Positions 24,440-36,706 of a stretch of 64,000 nucleotides of DNA are shown here, piece by piece. The position numbers were made by a program, and so were the translations under genes. Origin of the DNA: Felis catus (lineage: Eukaryota); the NCBI RefSeq assembly GCF_018350175.1, contig NC_058373.1, positions 104,782,001-104,846,000 of the forward strand, written 5' to 3'. The notes under the pieces were generated by a model. It was given only the letters and a program-made list of their open reading frames with translations, made no database searches and was not told the DNA's origin. How positions within the stretch are numbered: the first letter of the stretch is position 1; every line of letters begins with the position of its first letter.

Positions 24440-25005
24440 GCTTCCTCACATTAGACAGAGCCAAGGCTTTATCAAACATCAAAACTAGGTTTGATCATGT
24501 CCCCCACCTGCTTAAAATCTTTCGGTACTCTCAGGTCAAAGTGCAAGGTTCTCATCACCTGTGTAAATCCAGGCATGATCAGCCCCCCAACCTCCAGCCT
24601 CGTCTCCACACTGGCTTCTCTTGCCCATTACTTCATATCCATCTACACTGGTCTCTCACAGAACGTCCTGCCCCAGGATCTTTGTCCATGCAGCCCTCTC
24701 CAGCTGGAATGCTTCCTCGTATTTGCCAGGTTCATTCCTTTTCATTCTCCAAGCCTCGGCCCTCCTTTCCTCACCAGAATCAACTAGCCTTCCTGTTGCA
24801 CATCCATGCTGCTCCCTGTAGTCCCTTCACAGACTGACCGATGTTGTGCATAATGATCAGCATCAGTGTCTGTTTAATATCTGCCTTCCTCCAGGGACTT
24901 TCAAGTTCCGTGAGAGCAGAGACAAGGACTACCCAATGTATGGCACAGGGTAAGGACTCAATAAATATTTTTGAGGAAATAACTAATTAAAGGAATGAAT
25001 GGATT
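24440..25005 (+). mobile_element. L2 3' end
   Basis: GATCATGTCCCCCACCTGCTTAAAATCTT…AAGTTCCGTGAGAGCAGAGAC…GGACTCAATAAATATTTTTGAGG…GAATGAATGG. Confidence 0.75.
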
Positions 25006-25173
25006 GGTCAACCCATAAAATGTGATTGCAGGACTCGCTTAAGCTTGTACAGCTGGAGTCCTCACTCACGTCTGTCTCAAAGCTCATGCTGTAAACAACT
25101 ATATTATATTTATGCTTTAAAAAGCCTATATGAATTTATGACTGTGTCCTCGCATTTCAAGATTGTTCAAAGA

Positions 25174-25393
25174 GGGGCGCCTGGGTGGCTCAGTCGGTTG
25201 GGCGGCCGACTTCGGCTCAGGTCACGATCTCGCGGTCTGTGAGTTCGAGCCCCGCGTCGGGCTCTGTACTGACAGCTCAGAGCCTGGAGCCTGTTTCAGA
25301 TTCTGTGTCTCCCTCTTTCTGACCCTCCCCTGTTCATGCTCTGTCTCTCCCTGTCTCAAAAATAAATAAAACGTTAAAAAATTTTTTAAAAAA
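25174..25393 (+). mobile_element. Can-SINE
   Basis: TSD AAGATTGTTCAAAGA(G) at 25159 and 25394. Confidence 0.97.
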
Positions 25394-25802
25394 AAGATTG
25401 TTCAAAGAGAAGAAAAATTATATCTATATGGTTAGTAGAAAATGTCAAGTGGCCAAGAGTCCAGGGTTACAAGAGGCCAGAGGTCTGTGTGGCCTGTTGG
25501 GATGGCAGGGAAGGGACAAGAAGCCAATAGGTATCACTTCTGGGTGATGTGGCCTGACCCTGACTGCTCTAGAGGTGAGAATCTAAGCCCAGGTCAGTCC
25601 AGCCAAGAGGCTCTGGGTGGCTCTGGTCAGGACAGGAATATCTTGGCCCCAGATCCTCAGCCCAGTTCCTGTCTAAATCAGGAAAAGGATTCCTTTCTTC
25701 AAGATGTTCCTGCCACCTGCTGAAAACAAATACTACACGACACCTGCATGCCTCTGACGGGTAGGGCACCCCTGGAGCCTTGCAAAGCCAAGTGCTCACC
25801 AT

Positions 25803-25913
25803 TATATAAAGCAGCCTCAACGGACTAGAGAGGCATTGAATCAGTTACTGATTAAAGCCATGAGGAAACGGGAGACTTGCCTAGCGGAACAAGAAAACAA
25901 CGGGCTGGTACGT
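25803..25913 (+). promoter_or_regulatory. Candidate TATA promoter plus short first exon (MRKRETCLAEQENNGL|GTACGT)
   Basis: TATATAAA at 25803-25810, GCCATGA with ATG at 25860, 16 open codons, donor CTG|GTACGT at 25908. Motif-only evidence. Confidence 0.25.
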
Positions 25914-27881
25914 GTCCCAGAAGAAACTTTATATATAAAGAGCCCTTCCTACCTCTTTGGATGCACCCCTCCCCCACTCCTTCCCTGCTGCTGTACCTTC
26001 TGGCAGCTCACAGCACAAAACCTCAGGTTTGTTTGTTAAAGAACAAAGGTTTTCCTTAAACGTTTGCCGTGCCCCACTCCTACGACAGGCTGCATGCTGG
26101 AGGCTGAGGGAACAGCAATGCACAGGGCTGTCTTTCCCTCCACTGAGTAGGAAAAAAGAGGAAAAGAAAAACATGCTGCTTCGCAACGCCCTGTGGTCTG
26201 CTGGAGGCTGTCAGCGTAATACAGGTTGCAAGGATCCCAAAGGAGACCCAGAAGGAGTTGCTCTAAGGCCACTCCTTCATCTGGGCCTTCTCACTTGGGT
26301 AATTTATGGTCCAGAGAAGCTCTGATCTCTTCCGGGTTAAAACTCAGGATAGTCTAGCCTTGTTTGCTTTAGGTCAGGTGGATCCTTCCAACCCCTCCAT
26401 GGGGACAGTGGCTGCTGCACAAGGCAGCCAGTCCAGGCTACCACTGGTCAGGCACTCAGCTTTTCTCATGCTCTTGAGACATGGCTGCTGGTCTCTGAAG
26501 CACAGTCCCCCGAATGAGACAGGCCAGCACAGAGGAGCAGGGATGGAGCCCTGAGCACCATGCAGGGAAGGGATGTGCTCTCCTCTGAGCTCCTTGCTCT
26601 CAGCTCCTCAGCTTCCGTGGCCTAGAGGCACCATCCTCACAGCAGCCCCTGGGGCTGGAGGTTCATTGGAGAAAAGGAACAAAGGGACACAGGTTCAGTA
26701 GCAGGTCCCTCTGTGCTGTTTCCTAGAAGTCAAGAAAAAAAAAAAACCCAAGCTGTCACCAAACAGATATGAGCCATCTGACCTCTGCAGAGGGAGTCAG
26801 CTTGTCAGTTGTCATCATCCACAGAGGGCTCACAGTAGACACAATGCCTGGGTGCTGTGAAAAGACAGGCGACCTCTGTCCCATCTTTGAGGACAGAATG
26901 CCAGAATTTTCATTCTAACAGAAAGGCCGTTCGAGAGCCGTTGTACCTGTGCATTTACTAGGACAGGCAGACCTGGAGGGAGACCCTGTCTCACTCCAGA
27001 GATGTAACTAACCTCCTTGGTAAATGTGAATCTGGTCTCAACAATCTCAGGAGACACAGCCATGGGGAGAAAGTAGAGGAAGCCAGGTAGCATGGCTGGC
27101 AAGTTCAGGGGAAAAGGTCACCCACTCGCTATAATCCACTAACCTCCCACCTGCACCAATGTGTTCAGTTTCTCTGAGAAGGAAGGAAGAAGAGAGTACA
27201 GTGGGGCAGAGAGGGGCCAAAAGTATACCTTGATTGTGGCCTGAATTTTTCCAAAGGAAAAGACATTCTACATTTTTTTTAAAAAAATCAAAGCTCCTGC
27301 AGAAACACTAGAACCAATACTTCCGTAAATGTGGAACTAACTTTTCTAAGTGGCCTAACCAAGCAAAGACCAAACCTAGAGGTTTATCATGGGGGTCAGT
27401 AGGGTTAAAATGGTGATTTTCAAGTTCTTTTCTCCCTATGTCTGACCTCACCAGACCTAACCTACCATGTTACAAGGGGGAGGAACCTTCTTTTTTCTCT
27501 GTGGGAAGAAGGAGTCCTGCAGAATTCCTGGTGTTGGTGCAGAAACATTGCACTGGGTGCATGCAGAAGGCTGCTGGTGGTGGAGGCGGAGGGGGATTGG
27601 AATTACAGGTGACCACAGAAGTGACAGGTAAAATGCATTGGTGAGTGCTTGGCAGCTGGGAGGAAAATCACAGCCCGGGGAGCAGGTCGGGTAACTACCA
27701 TGGAGAAAGGTCTTTGTATATGCACTCCTAGCTTATAAATTGGGATTTGAGGAACATCATTAGTCCTCCCAGTGCCTCCAAGTACCTTTTGAACTTGTCT
27801 TCTGTAATGACTAATGTTCTCATTGGAAAAAAACACATTGTTTTAGATTAAGGTGCTATGACCCCAAGTGGCCTCACCTAA

Positions 27882-28350
27882 TATATTAGTATCCTGTTGC
27901 TGCTGTAACAAATTATCACACACCTAATGGCCTAAACCAACACAAATTTATTATCTTACAGTTCTGTAGGGCAGGAGTCTGATAAGGGTCTCACGGGGTT
28001 AGAATCAAGATGTCAGCAGGGTTGTGTTTCCCATCCAAAGGTTCTAGGGGAGAATCCATTCCCTTGCCTTTTTCAGCTTCTAGAATCTGCCCACATGCCT
28101 TGGCTAGTGTTCCCTTTCCTCTGCCTTCAAAGCCAGTAATGGTGAGCTGAGTCCTTCTCACACTGCATCACTCTGATCTCTTCTACTTTCAAGTTCCCTT
28201 GTGATTACGTTGGACCCACATGGGTAATCCAGGAAAATCTTCCTATTGTACGGCTGCCATTAAGGGAGCAACCTTAATTCCATCTGCAACCTTAATTTCC
28301 TTTTGCCATGTAAAGTAACATATTCAGAGGTTCCATAGATTAGGACATGG
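27882..28350 (-). mobile_element. MaLR LTR (MLT1C/D-like), truncated at its right end
   Basis: TATTAGT…GCTGCTGTAACAAATTATCACA…AAATTTATTATCTTACAGTTCTG…CTTGCCTTTTTCAGCTTCTAG…GATTAGGACATGG. The usual terminal ~30-40 nt are absent. Confidence 0.88.
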
Positions 28351-28364
28351 CAGCCAGTCCAGGC

Positions 28365-28581
28365 TAAGCATCTGACTTCGGCTCAGTCATGATCTCGCAG
28401 TTTGCAAGTTCGAGCCCCGCGTCGGGCTCTCTGCTGACAGCTCAGAGCTTGGAGCCTGCTTCGGATTCTGTGTCTCCTTCTGTCTCTGCCAGCCCCCAGC
28501 CCCCGCTCACTCTGTATCTCTCTATCTCTCTCAAAAATAAATATAAACATTAAAAAATTTTTTAATAAAATAAAATAAAAT
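28365..28581 (+). mobile_element. Can-SINE lacking its first ~25 nt
   Basis: Starts at TAAGCATCTGACTTCGGCTCAG. B-box, (CT)n and A tail are present; there is no GGGGCGCC head and no TSD. Confidence 0.93.
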
Positions 28582-28989
28582 AGCTATCACCCAGAAGGAT
28601 GCATAAACTTGAGTTCCTGAGGCTCAGCCCAGGCACATTCTGCTGCAAAGCAGGAATTGAAAAAAGGTCACCTCATTGAGTACAGAAAGGGCTGCAGGTC
28701 CTAAAGGGGACCCAATGCTTCGTGTGAGGATGTAAGAAAATAAATATTCAGTCTACAGACTTACTTGCCCTGTTCTTTATTTCATTTTTCAAGGATGCAC
28801 AAAGATTCTTAACCCAGAGATATTTTAACTACCCATTCCAAAGTCTCTCAGTACCCAGTTAGCCAGATTTCCTTCCCCTGATATTTTATCCTTTTGTTTC
28901 CTAATCTCTGGGCAGATGAAGAAAAAGTATCGACTTAGGACATTTGGCAGCATCAGATAAGTACCAGTGACACCCCAGCAATGCATGGC

Positions 28990-29098
28990 CCACCATCTAC
29001 CTGCATCAGAACACCTGACCCATCTTGTCTGGGAGTGGCATCCAAGAATCTGCATTTTAAGAGTCTTTTGGTGATTCTGAGACAAACTAAAGCTTGGG
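28990..29098. mobile_element. MER5-type fragment
   Basis: ACCTGCATCAGAACACCTG…CCAAGAATCTGCATTTTAA…GTGATTCTGA. Confidence 0.55.
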
Positions 29099-29929
29099 CC
29101 CGCTCTTGTAAAGTTCCCCAATCTCTGCATAGCCTCTCCCACCTCTTAGCTGCTCCCCATAAACTATTTGCCTGATCAATGTTCTATCTACTGTGATTCT
29201 CAGACATATAATATTTTTCATCAGCATAAAGTTTGTTCTTCTGCCTGGATAAAGAAGAAGAAAGTGAATAATACTTCAGTTGCAGGTCTATGGACTGTAA
29301 CTGAGAATTCTCTAATATATCTTTAAATATTAACTAACAAGATGAAAGCTGATTGATGCATAATTCATTGGTGGAGCTAGTAGACCAAAAGTGTCTTTCA
29401 TAATTTAACAAATTGACATAAACTATTAAAAAGTTGTAAAAGAGACAGTGTTGATTTATGCAGATTGATCCTGGCTATGAATAAATACAGTACAAAAGGA
29501 AAACAATATTATGTCACTTTTGCCAAACTATTAATAGCAAGCAACTTACCTGGGGAAGGGAAAATGTACTTTTTAGAAATTAAAAAAAAATCGAAAAGTT
29601 TTAAAGGAGAGAAAAAAATGGCAGGAGTCGAAACAAATTTACAATCAGACTGGTGTCTCTTATTAACGATTAAAATAAATAATTAAATGTTAACAGTCCG
29701 AATTATTACCCAGAATAAAAAAAAAGAACAAAATTTCAGTTTTATTAAGGTCAGAATGTATTCATATGTAACAATTCTTTGCTTTTTTCACTTTTGACTT
29801 CAAAATGTTATTTATTTTTGAAATCCTTAATCAACCCACGAGGTGGCTTTCTCTGAGAGAAGACACATTGGTGGCCTATAATAAATACAGTCAGCAAGCA
29901 CAAGTATTACTAAATAAATCCATCATGTA

Positions 29930-30370
29930 AAAAAAAAAAAATAACATTACTGGTAAAGCAAAAGTCCCCAATTCATTCAGTTCCTTCCTCCACTCTACAG
30001 AGGGAAGTACTAATATCAGTTTGCAATATATTCTTCTAGATCTTATTCTTTGCATTTACATGTATGTATATGTACCTGTGAAAAGCATTCAGAATTGTTT
30101 GGAGCATTTTTTACATATATGGTGTCTTACCGTATACATTCTTCTACAACTTGACTTTTTTCACCCACTATGCCCTAGAGGCTGTGTGCCAAATATTGTA
30201 TCAAGTATTGAACACATATTATCTAATTTAATCCTCACGGACTTTTGAAGTGGGTACTACTATTGTTATTTCACAGATGGGGAAAATGGGAGCTCAGAGA
30301 AGCAGAAAACAAACAAAACCCTTCCACAATCACACAGCTTGTCATCAATGTAGAGTTAAAAATCATACCC
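29930..30370 (-). mobile_element. Old L1ME fragment (about 29930-30170) followed by a MIR (about 30170-30370)
   Basis: TTGCAATATATTCTTCTAGA…CAACTTGACTTTTTTCAC, then ATCTAATTTAATCCTCAC…TTTCACAGATGGGGAAAATGGGAGCTCAGAGA. Confidence 0.55.
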
Positions 30371-31188
30371 CCAAATATTTTAGATGACCCTCAACCAAAA
30401 TGAAGTTGAGACAAGAAGTCATCAGCTTCTATAACAGGAGCCTTTAGATGAAAGTGCTTCCTAAATGGAATGCAATGAATTAGCAACTAGCCTTCGTCTT
30501 GATAGGTAAGAGAGAAGGTTAGTAAATATTTAAATACCAGTTCTCATAAAGGTCAAATAAAGCTGTAATTATTTTGCACCTTGACAGCATGCATTTTCAA
30601 GTTACTATTCTGTTTGTCATGAGAGGCAAAGAACTTCAATAAAGCCAAGGACTTTGACTTATAACCTTGAGATCGTGAATGCTTATTTAAAAAAAAAAAT
30701 ACACGTGTGTCAGAATATTTATTGTACAAAATGCCACCCCGACCTCGTGATGATATGCCCACTGCCTCTGACTTCACTGATCTGGTTCTAATTAATGCAA
30801 CAAGTGCATATCCACTTTAAATTAGGAGCATAGCCAAAGGTATTCTTCCCCTTAAAAAGTTATTTTACCAATAAATAAAATGATTCTAACGTGTGAAATT
30901 AAAACCATAATGCAGATTCTCCATTGTCCTCACCATTGAAGCACGGTTTTCAAACGCAATCTGATTCCAGAGCTGACACAGCTAACCACTATCCAATGGC
31001 ATGACTACGTCTACCACCCTTTTTCCTGCTGTATAACATTCCATAGGATGACCAGTCTTGGCCGTTCACTTACTGATAGCTGTTTACTTGGGGTCCTACT
31101 ACTTTGCATTCCCTACTAGTGCCACAAGTACAGTATGTCTGTTCTTCTACGTGCCTCCTTGTGTTGCTGCACAAGTGTTTCTTCACAG

Positions 31189-31372
31189 CAGTTGTGGTCA
31201 AAGTGGTCCCCAGACGGGTGTAATTACCATCATCTGGAACTTATTAGAAATGCAGGATTTCAAGTCTGACCCCAGAGTTTCTGAATCACAAAATGAATCA
31301 CGGGCCTGATAATCTGTATTTTAACAAGCCCTCCAGGATTCTTTGATGCATATTTAAACTTGAGAACCGTCT
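31189..31372. mobile_element. MER5A
   Basis: CAGTTGTGGTCAAAGTGGTCCCCAGAC…GAACTTATTAGAAATGCAG…AATCTGTATTTTAACAAGCCCTCCAGG…TTGAGAACC. Confidence 0.8.
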
Positions 31373-31462
31373 CACTGGAGATCAGGTTGGTACAAACACC
31401 AGAACATCAGAAGCCCTTTCTGTGAATGCCAAAAATTAAACTTCCCCAAAGTATCAAGTATA

Positions 31463-31672
31463 TATTTTTTTAATGTTTATTTTATTTTTGACAGAGAGAG
31501 ACAGAGCATGATCAGGGGACGGCAGAGAGAGAGGGGGACACAGAATCTGAATCAGGCTCCAGGCTCTGAGCTGTCAGCACAGAGTCTGATGCAGGGCTCG
31601 AATTCACAGACCGCAAGATCATGACCTGAGCCGAAGTCGGACGCTCAACCGACTGAGCCACCCAGGCACCCC
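31463..31672 (-). mobile_element. Can-SINE
   Basis: TSD AAGTATCAAGTATA at 31449 and 31677. Confidence 0.96.
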
Positions 31673-32029
31673 ACCGAAGTATCAAGTATAAAGGTGAAAT
31701 ATCAGAAATGTTAGCATTTTAGTCAGACTTTTTTAGGAAAATCTTCCCAGAGTTAGGACTCCACTAAGCTTGTCAAGAAAAATCAAGACTAGTTTTAGAA
31801 CTCAAATATGTTGTCTGACCAAGCATAGAACTTGGAGATGTAAATTTGAAATTACAATTTATATTCAAAGATTATTTACTATAATGTGAAAGAGGAGTTG
31901 AGCGATCATTGTCTGAGGAGGTCATCAGGCACATGAAGGCACAATGTCCACAGATGTTAAGTATCTTTGCTAAGTTCATTGTGTTGGTCAGTGGCAGAGC
32001 AATGACTAGAGATTTGGACCCTGGTTTTA

Positions 32030-32265
32030 TTTATTTATTTTTTTATTTTTATTTTTTTCAACGTTTTTTATTTATTTTTTGGGACAGAGAGAGACAGAGC
32101 ATGAACGGGGGAGGGGCAGAGAGAGAGGGAGACACAGAATCGGAAACAGGCTCCAGGCTCTGAGCCATCAGCCCAGAGCGGGACGCGGGGCTCGAACTCA
32201 CGGACCGCAAGATAGTAACCTGGCTGAAGTCGGACGCTTAACCGACTGTGCCACCCAGGCGCCCC
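32030..32265 (-). mobile_element. Can-SINE, young felid variant, inserted in a MIR remnant
   Basis: Perfect 15-bp TSD TGGACCCTGGTTTTA at 32015-32029 and 32266-32280. Confidence 0.97.
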
Positions 32266-32961
32266 TGGACCCTGGTTTTAGATCAGCGTGCCAGACATTA
32301 CATCACACAACGTTATGCTCTAATCAGAGACAGCTCTTAAGAGAGTTTTTACCACAAACTTAAAAATTTTAATACACAGAGCATCCTGAAAATAATTTTG
32401 AGAAGAATAAGAACTGGGTGTTTATTCTAGAAGAATGTTGCCAAAACCAAATAATTCCAGTGTAAAGAAAATGTTACCCAAAAGTGTCCAGAAAGAGATC
32501 ATCATGAACCTCTCCAGTGACACTCTCATCATCTTATAATCTTGACTTTTTTTTCGCAAAATTAAATAGTTTTTACGGATGTATAATATAGAATGAAAGG
32601 AATTTTTTTTCAGTGTACCCACAGCCCTAATATGCTTGTCTTTGTATTTCTGTGCAATCTATCCATTTCCTATACATTTATATTTATTTCCACCCAGTTG
32701 TGAAATGTTCTGCATTTTTTATCTTAAAATGTTTAGTAAGCATTCTTGCATATTTCCATGTTGCTGTGTAATACTCATAGTTGACTTATAGCTCTTCAGT
32801 AACCTACGCAATATGCCATAATTTACTTGGCCATGTTACCGGATCTCTAAATGATCTCAGATTCGTTTCATATTGTAAACAATGCTACAGTGAACTTTGT
32901 ATATATTTTTTTCTTTCCTCTTTTGAATTACTTCATTTGGTTAAATTCCAACAAGCAGACA

Positions 32962-32989
32962 GGGCGGGGGGGGGGGGGGGGGGGCGGGG
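32962..32989 (+). repeat. Poly-G tract
   Basis: GGGC(G)19CGGGG. Confidence 0.9.
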
Positions 32990-33047
32990 TGTGCGGTCAT
33001 TGAGCTAGCATCTATTTATGGTCCTTGATCTAAAATACCAAACCCTT

Positions 33048-33269
33048 GGGGCGCCTGGGTGGCTCAGTCGGTTAAGCGGCCAACTTCGGCTCGGGTCATG
33101 ATTTCACAGTCCGTGAGTTCCAGCCCCGCGTCGGGCTCTGTGCTGACAGCTCAGAGCCTGGAGCCTGTTTCAGATTCTGTGTCTCCCTCTCTCTGACCCT
33201 TCCCCGTTCATGCTCTGTCTCTCCCTGTCTCAAAAATAAATAAACGTTAAAAAAATAATAATAATAAAA
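33048..33269 (+). mobile_element. Can-SINE
   Basis: 15-bp TSD TAAAATACCAAACCC at 33031 and 33270. Confidence 0.97.
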
Positions 33270-34530
33270 TAAAATACCAAACCCAATCTTCAGTGTTCCC
33301 GCAGAATTTTCACTGCAACAAAAGTTTGACACTAAGTACTCATTCCGGGTGGAAAGAAAACATGGCCGAAATTAAACCAAGTCTAAAATAAACCAGGCTT
33401 CAAATAAAGAAAATTAACCCAAAAACACTAACCTGAATCCACATTCTCAATTATTTACCTTTAACTGGAGCCCAAAACCAAGAATTCTTCTCAGTAATTT
33501 GAGAAGATTTAAATACAAAACGGACTTCAAGAGCTTTAAACTAGCACAAAATTTAATTGACTGACCCTGGGAAACCTTCATTTCTCAACTTTTCCGCCTG
33601 CCAAATGGGAGCAAACGTATTTGCCGACCTTGGAGAGGCAATGTACATAAAAAGAAGATAAGGTTGGTGAGTAAATACTCTTACTTTTGAAAAATGCAGC
33701 CTGATCACTTTTAAGAACCATTTAAGTCTAACAGGAAGCCACGGAGTCGCTGTCAGTGACAAGATGATGATGCTCAGGTTCCAGGGTCTGGCCCTCTGTC
33801 CTATCAACTCTGAAAGTCCAGGTGACAGTCAAGACCTAGAGCTCAAGAGGCCTTGGGATGATGGGGGACCCCAACAGACAGGTCTAAGTTAAAATGTGTT
33901 CACAACACGAAATAGTTTATAAGCCAATTATTTATAACAAGAAATGTATCTGCCAAGATACTGGAGTGATCCAGCCAGGTTTTATCCCCCTATAGGTAAA
34001 ATCTGCAAAGAAACCCAAATTATAATTAGGAAGAAGCCTGCTTGATAAGCATGGAAATAAGCCCGGGGAGTTGGCTCTATGACTCAGGTACTGGATAGCT
34101 TCAGGCTCTGCTGCACCCACCTCCACCAAGACAGGACAGGCTGTGTCCTTGGACTTGGGCAACCTCTAGACAGGGTTTGAATGACACTGCCAACAATGGT
34201 CTCTGGGAATTTCCCTTTTCCTTGCTTCCATGGCCAACTCTCCTTTCTTTTGAAGGACATTTTCCCCTTCAGATATGTTAATAGCTTAAATCAAGTTCCA
34301 GTCAGGTTTTGTTGATCTGGGAACAATTCCATCTCGTTAGAGATGACATTGCCTGTCTCTGCTCTTATCTCTTATATGTTGATCAATGATTCATGGTCAG
34401 GTTAATAGGTTGCCAAATAAATGGATTACCTGAATTGTTACAACAATACAAAAATTAACAACTCACAACTTGTTGTCAAGCCAAGCCTTGCCAGACTAGG
34501 GACTTTTTGAATTAAGGACGTTTGATTCGA

Positions 34531-35448
34531 CAGCATTAATCATCAGAGAATGCAAATCAAAACCACAATGAATATCACCTAACACCTGTCAGAATGGTTA
34601 TTATCAAAAATACAAGAAATAACAAATGTTGGTGAGGATGTAGAGGAAAGGGAACCCTTGTGCACTGTTAGTGGGAGTGCAGCCATTATGGGAAACAGTA
34701 TGGAGATTCCTTTAAAAAATTAAAAATAGAACTGCCATATGCTCCAGCAATTCCACTTGTGGGTATTTACCCAAAGAAAACGAAAACAATAACTTGGAAA
34801 GATATATGGACCCTCATGTTCATTTCAGCATTATTCACAACAACCAAGATACGGAAACAACCTAAGTGTGTATCCACAGATGAATGAATAACGAAAATGT
34901 GTATAACAGTGGGATATTACTTAGCTGTAAAAAAAGAATGAAATCTTGTCACTTACAACAATGTGGATGGACTGAGAGTACATTATGCTATGTGAAATCT
35001 CAGACAGAGAAAGATGAATGCCTTATGATCTCTTTTATATGGAATCTTAAAAACAAAACCCAAAAGAAAAAATGAAAACCAAGTTCATAGATACAGAGAA
35101 CAGATTGGTGGTTGCCAGAGGCAGGGGATTGGAGATGGGCAAAATGGGTGAAGGGAAGTAAGAGTCACAAACTTCCGGTTATAAAACAAATAAGTCATGG
35201 GATGTAATGCACAGCATGGTGACCATAATTAATAATACTGCATTGCATATTTGAAAGTTTCTAAGAGAGTAAATTATCAAAGTTCTCATCACAAGAAAAA
35301 AAAAATCTGTAACTATGCATAGTGACGGATGGTTAACTAGACTTCTCGTGGTGATCATTTCACAATATATAGAAATATCAAATCATTATGTTGTATACCT
35401 GAAACTAACATAATGTTGTGTATCAATTATACCTCAATGAAAATAAAA
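34531..35448 (+). mobile_element. 5'-truncated L1 (L1MA9/L1_Carn-like) 3' end
   Basis: ATGCAAATCAAAACCACAATG…CCAGCAATTCCACTT…ATAAGTCATGGGATGTAATGCACAGCATGG…TATCAATTATACCTCAATGAAAATAAAA. Confidence 0.92.
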
Positions 35449-35570
35449 GGATCAGACACTTGACATGAGCACTAGAATGTACTAGATTACTAGAATGTAC
35501 ACAGATTCTTCTAAAAAGGCCAAAATCATTTTTTCTCTTTAATAAGATAACCTATATTCCCACAATCTTG

Positions 35571-35723
35571 TTTTTTATTTATATTCAACTTAGTTAACAT
35601 AATGTAATCTGCCCTTCAGGAGTAGAACCCAGTGATTCAACTCTTGCATACACCATCCAGCGCTCATCCCGAAAAGTGCTCTCCTTAATGCCCATCACCC
35701 ATTTAATCCACCCATCCCCCACC
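35571..35723 (-). mobile_element. Short carnivore L1 3' end
   Basis: TTAGTTAACATA…CAGGAGTAGAACCCAGTGATTCA…CTCATCCC…CTTAATGCCCATCACCCATTTA. Confidence 0.8.
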
Positions 35724-36124
35724 TTGTTTAAACTATAAATTTACTTGGTGAACCTTATCTTCCAAGTTTGTAGGTAATTTTTAACTCAACTCAATCCTGT
35801 TAAATTATAAAAGATTTTTTGAATTAAATAGATCCAGACTGATGAACTTTTAGTGTAGTACTCCATGAAAAGGAAAAAAAAATAGCAAGAATTATAATAT
35901 AAAAGTTGGGTTCTTCCACTCTGCCATAAACACACCCCTCTATTGTGATTCCACTTGATGGAGTTTGATATCAAATCCTCAACTATTTTGTTTTTACTTT
36001 TAGCACTTACTAATAACCTTATTTCTCATCTACGGTGTTGCTCTGCCCAAGAACTTAACCCAATGCTGACTTCAGCTATTGGCTGTTTTACCCTCAAAAT
36101 TATAGACATAAGATTAACCTAGAG

Positions 36125-36345
36125 TTTCATAGAGACAAAAGGTATATTCGTGAGGGGGAGGGAAGGATGGAGAGTGACTGCTAGTGGGTATAAGGTTTCT
36201 TTTGGGGGTAATGAAAATATTCTGAAGTTAGATAGTGGTGATAGTGCACAGCCTTAGAAATATATACTGAACATAGCAAACTGTGGTTAAAATTCAATTT
36301 AAAAGGGTGAATTTTATCATATGTGAAGTCTTTCTCAATTAAAAC
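36125..36345 (+). mobile_element. L1MB/ME-like 3' fragment
   Basis: GAGTGACTGCTAGTGGGTATAAGGTTTCTTTTGGGGGTAATGAAAATATTCTG…GATAGTGGTGAT…TCTCAAT. Confidence 0.75.
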
Positions 36346-36476
36346 AAATTATTTCAGAGCAACATGGGTCTTCTCAGAATACTGTATTTAGGCATTATTC
36401 ATTGCCCATGGGCAAAAATTACAAGAGACATAAAGAAAGGGGATTGTTCAAACAATCTTAATTTGAAAGAGATTTT

Positions 36477-36706
36477 AAAAAATTTTTACTGTTTATTTTT
36501 GAGAGACAGAGACACAGAGAGAGAGACAGACAGACAGAACACAAGTGGGGGAGGGGCAGAGAGAGAGGGAGACACAGAATCCAAAGCAGGCTCCAGACTC
36601 TGAGCTGTCAGCACAGAGCCCGACGTGGGGCTCCAACCCATGAGCTGTGAGATCATGACCTGAACCAAAGTCCGACGCCCAACTGGCTGAGCCACCCAGG
36701 TACCCC
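36477..36706 (-). mobile_element. Can-SINE
   Basis: Reverse SINE ending GCCACCCAGGTACCCC, with GAGATTTTA on both flanks. Confidence 0.95.

Noticed and set aside
35470..35501. Short tandem duplications (ACTAGAATGTAC x2; also 38353 CAGAATGAGC x2, 43113 GCAAAGGGAACAGCA x2, 55435 TATTGTTCT x3)
   Set aside because: These are ordinary slippage duplications with no regular repeat-spacer structure.
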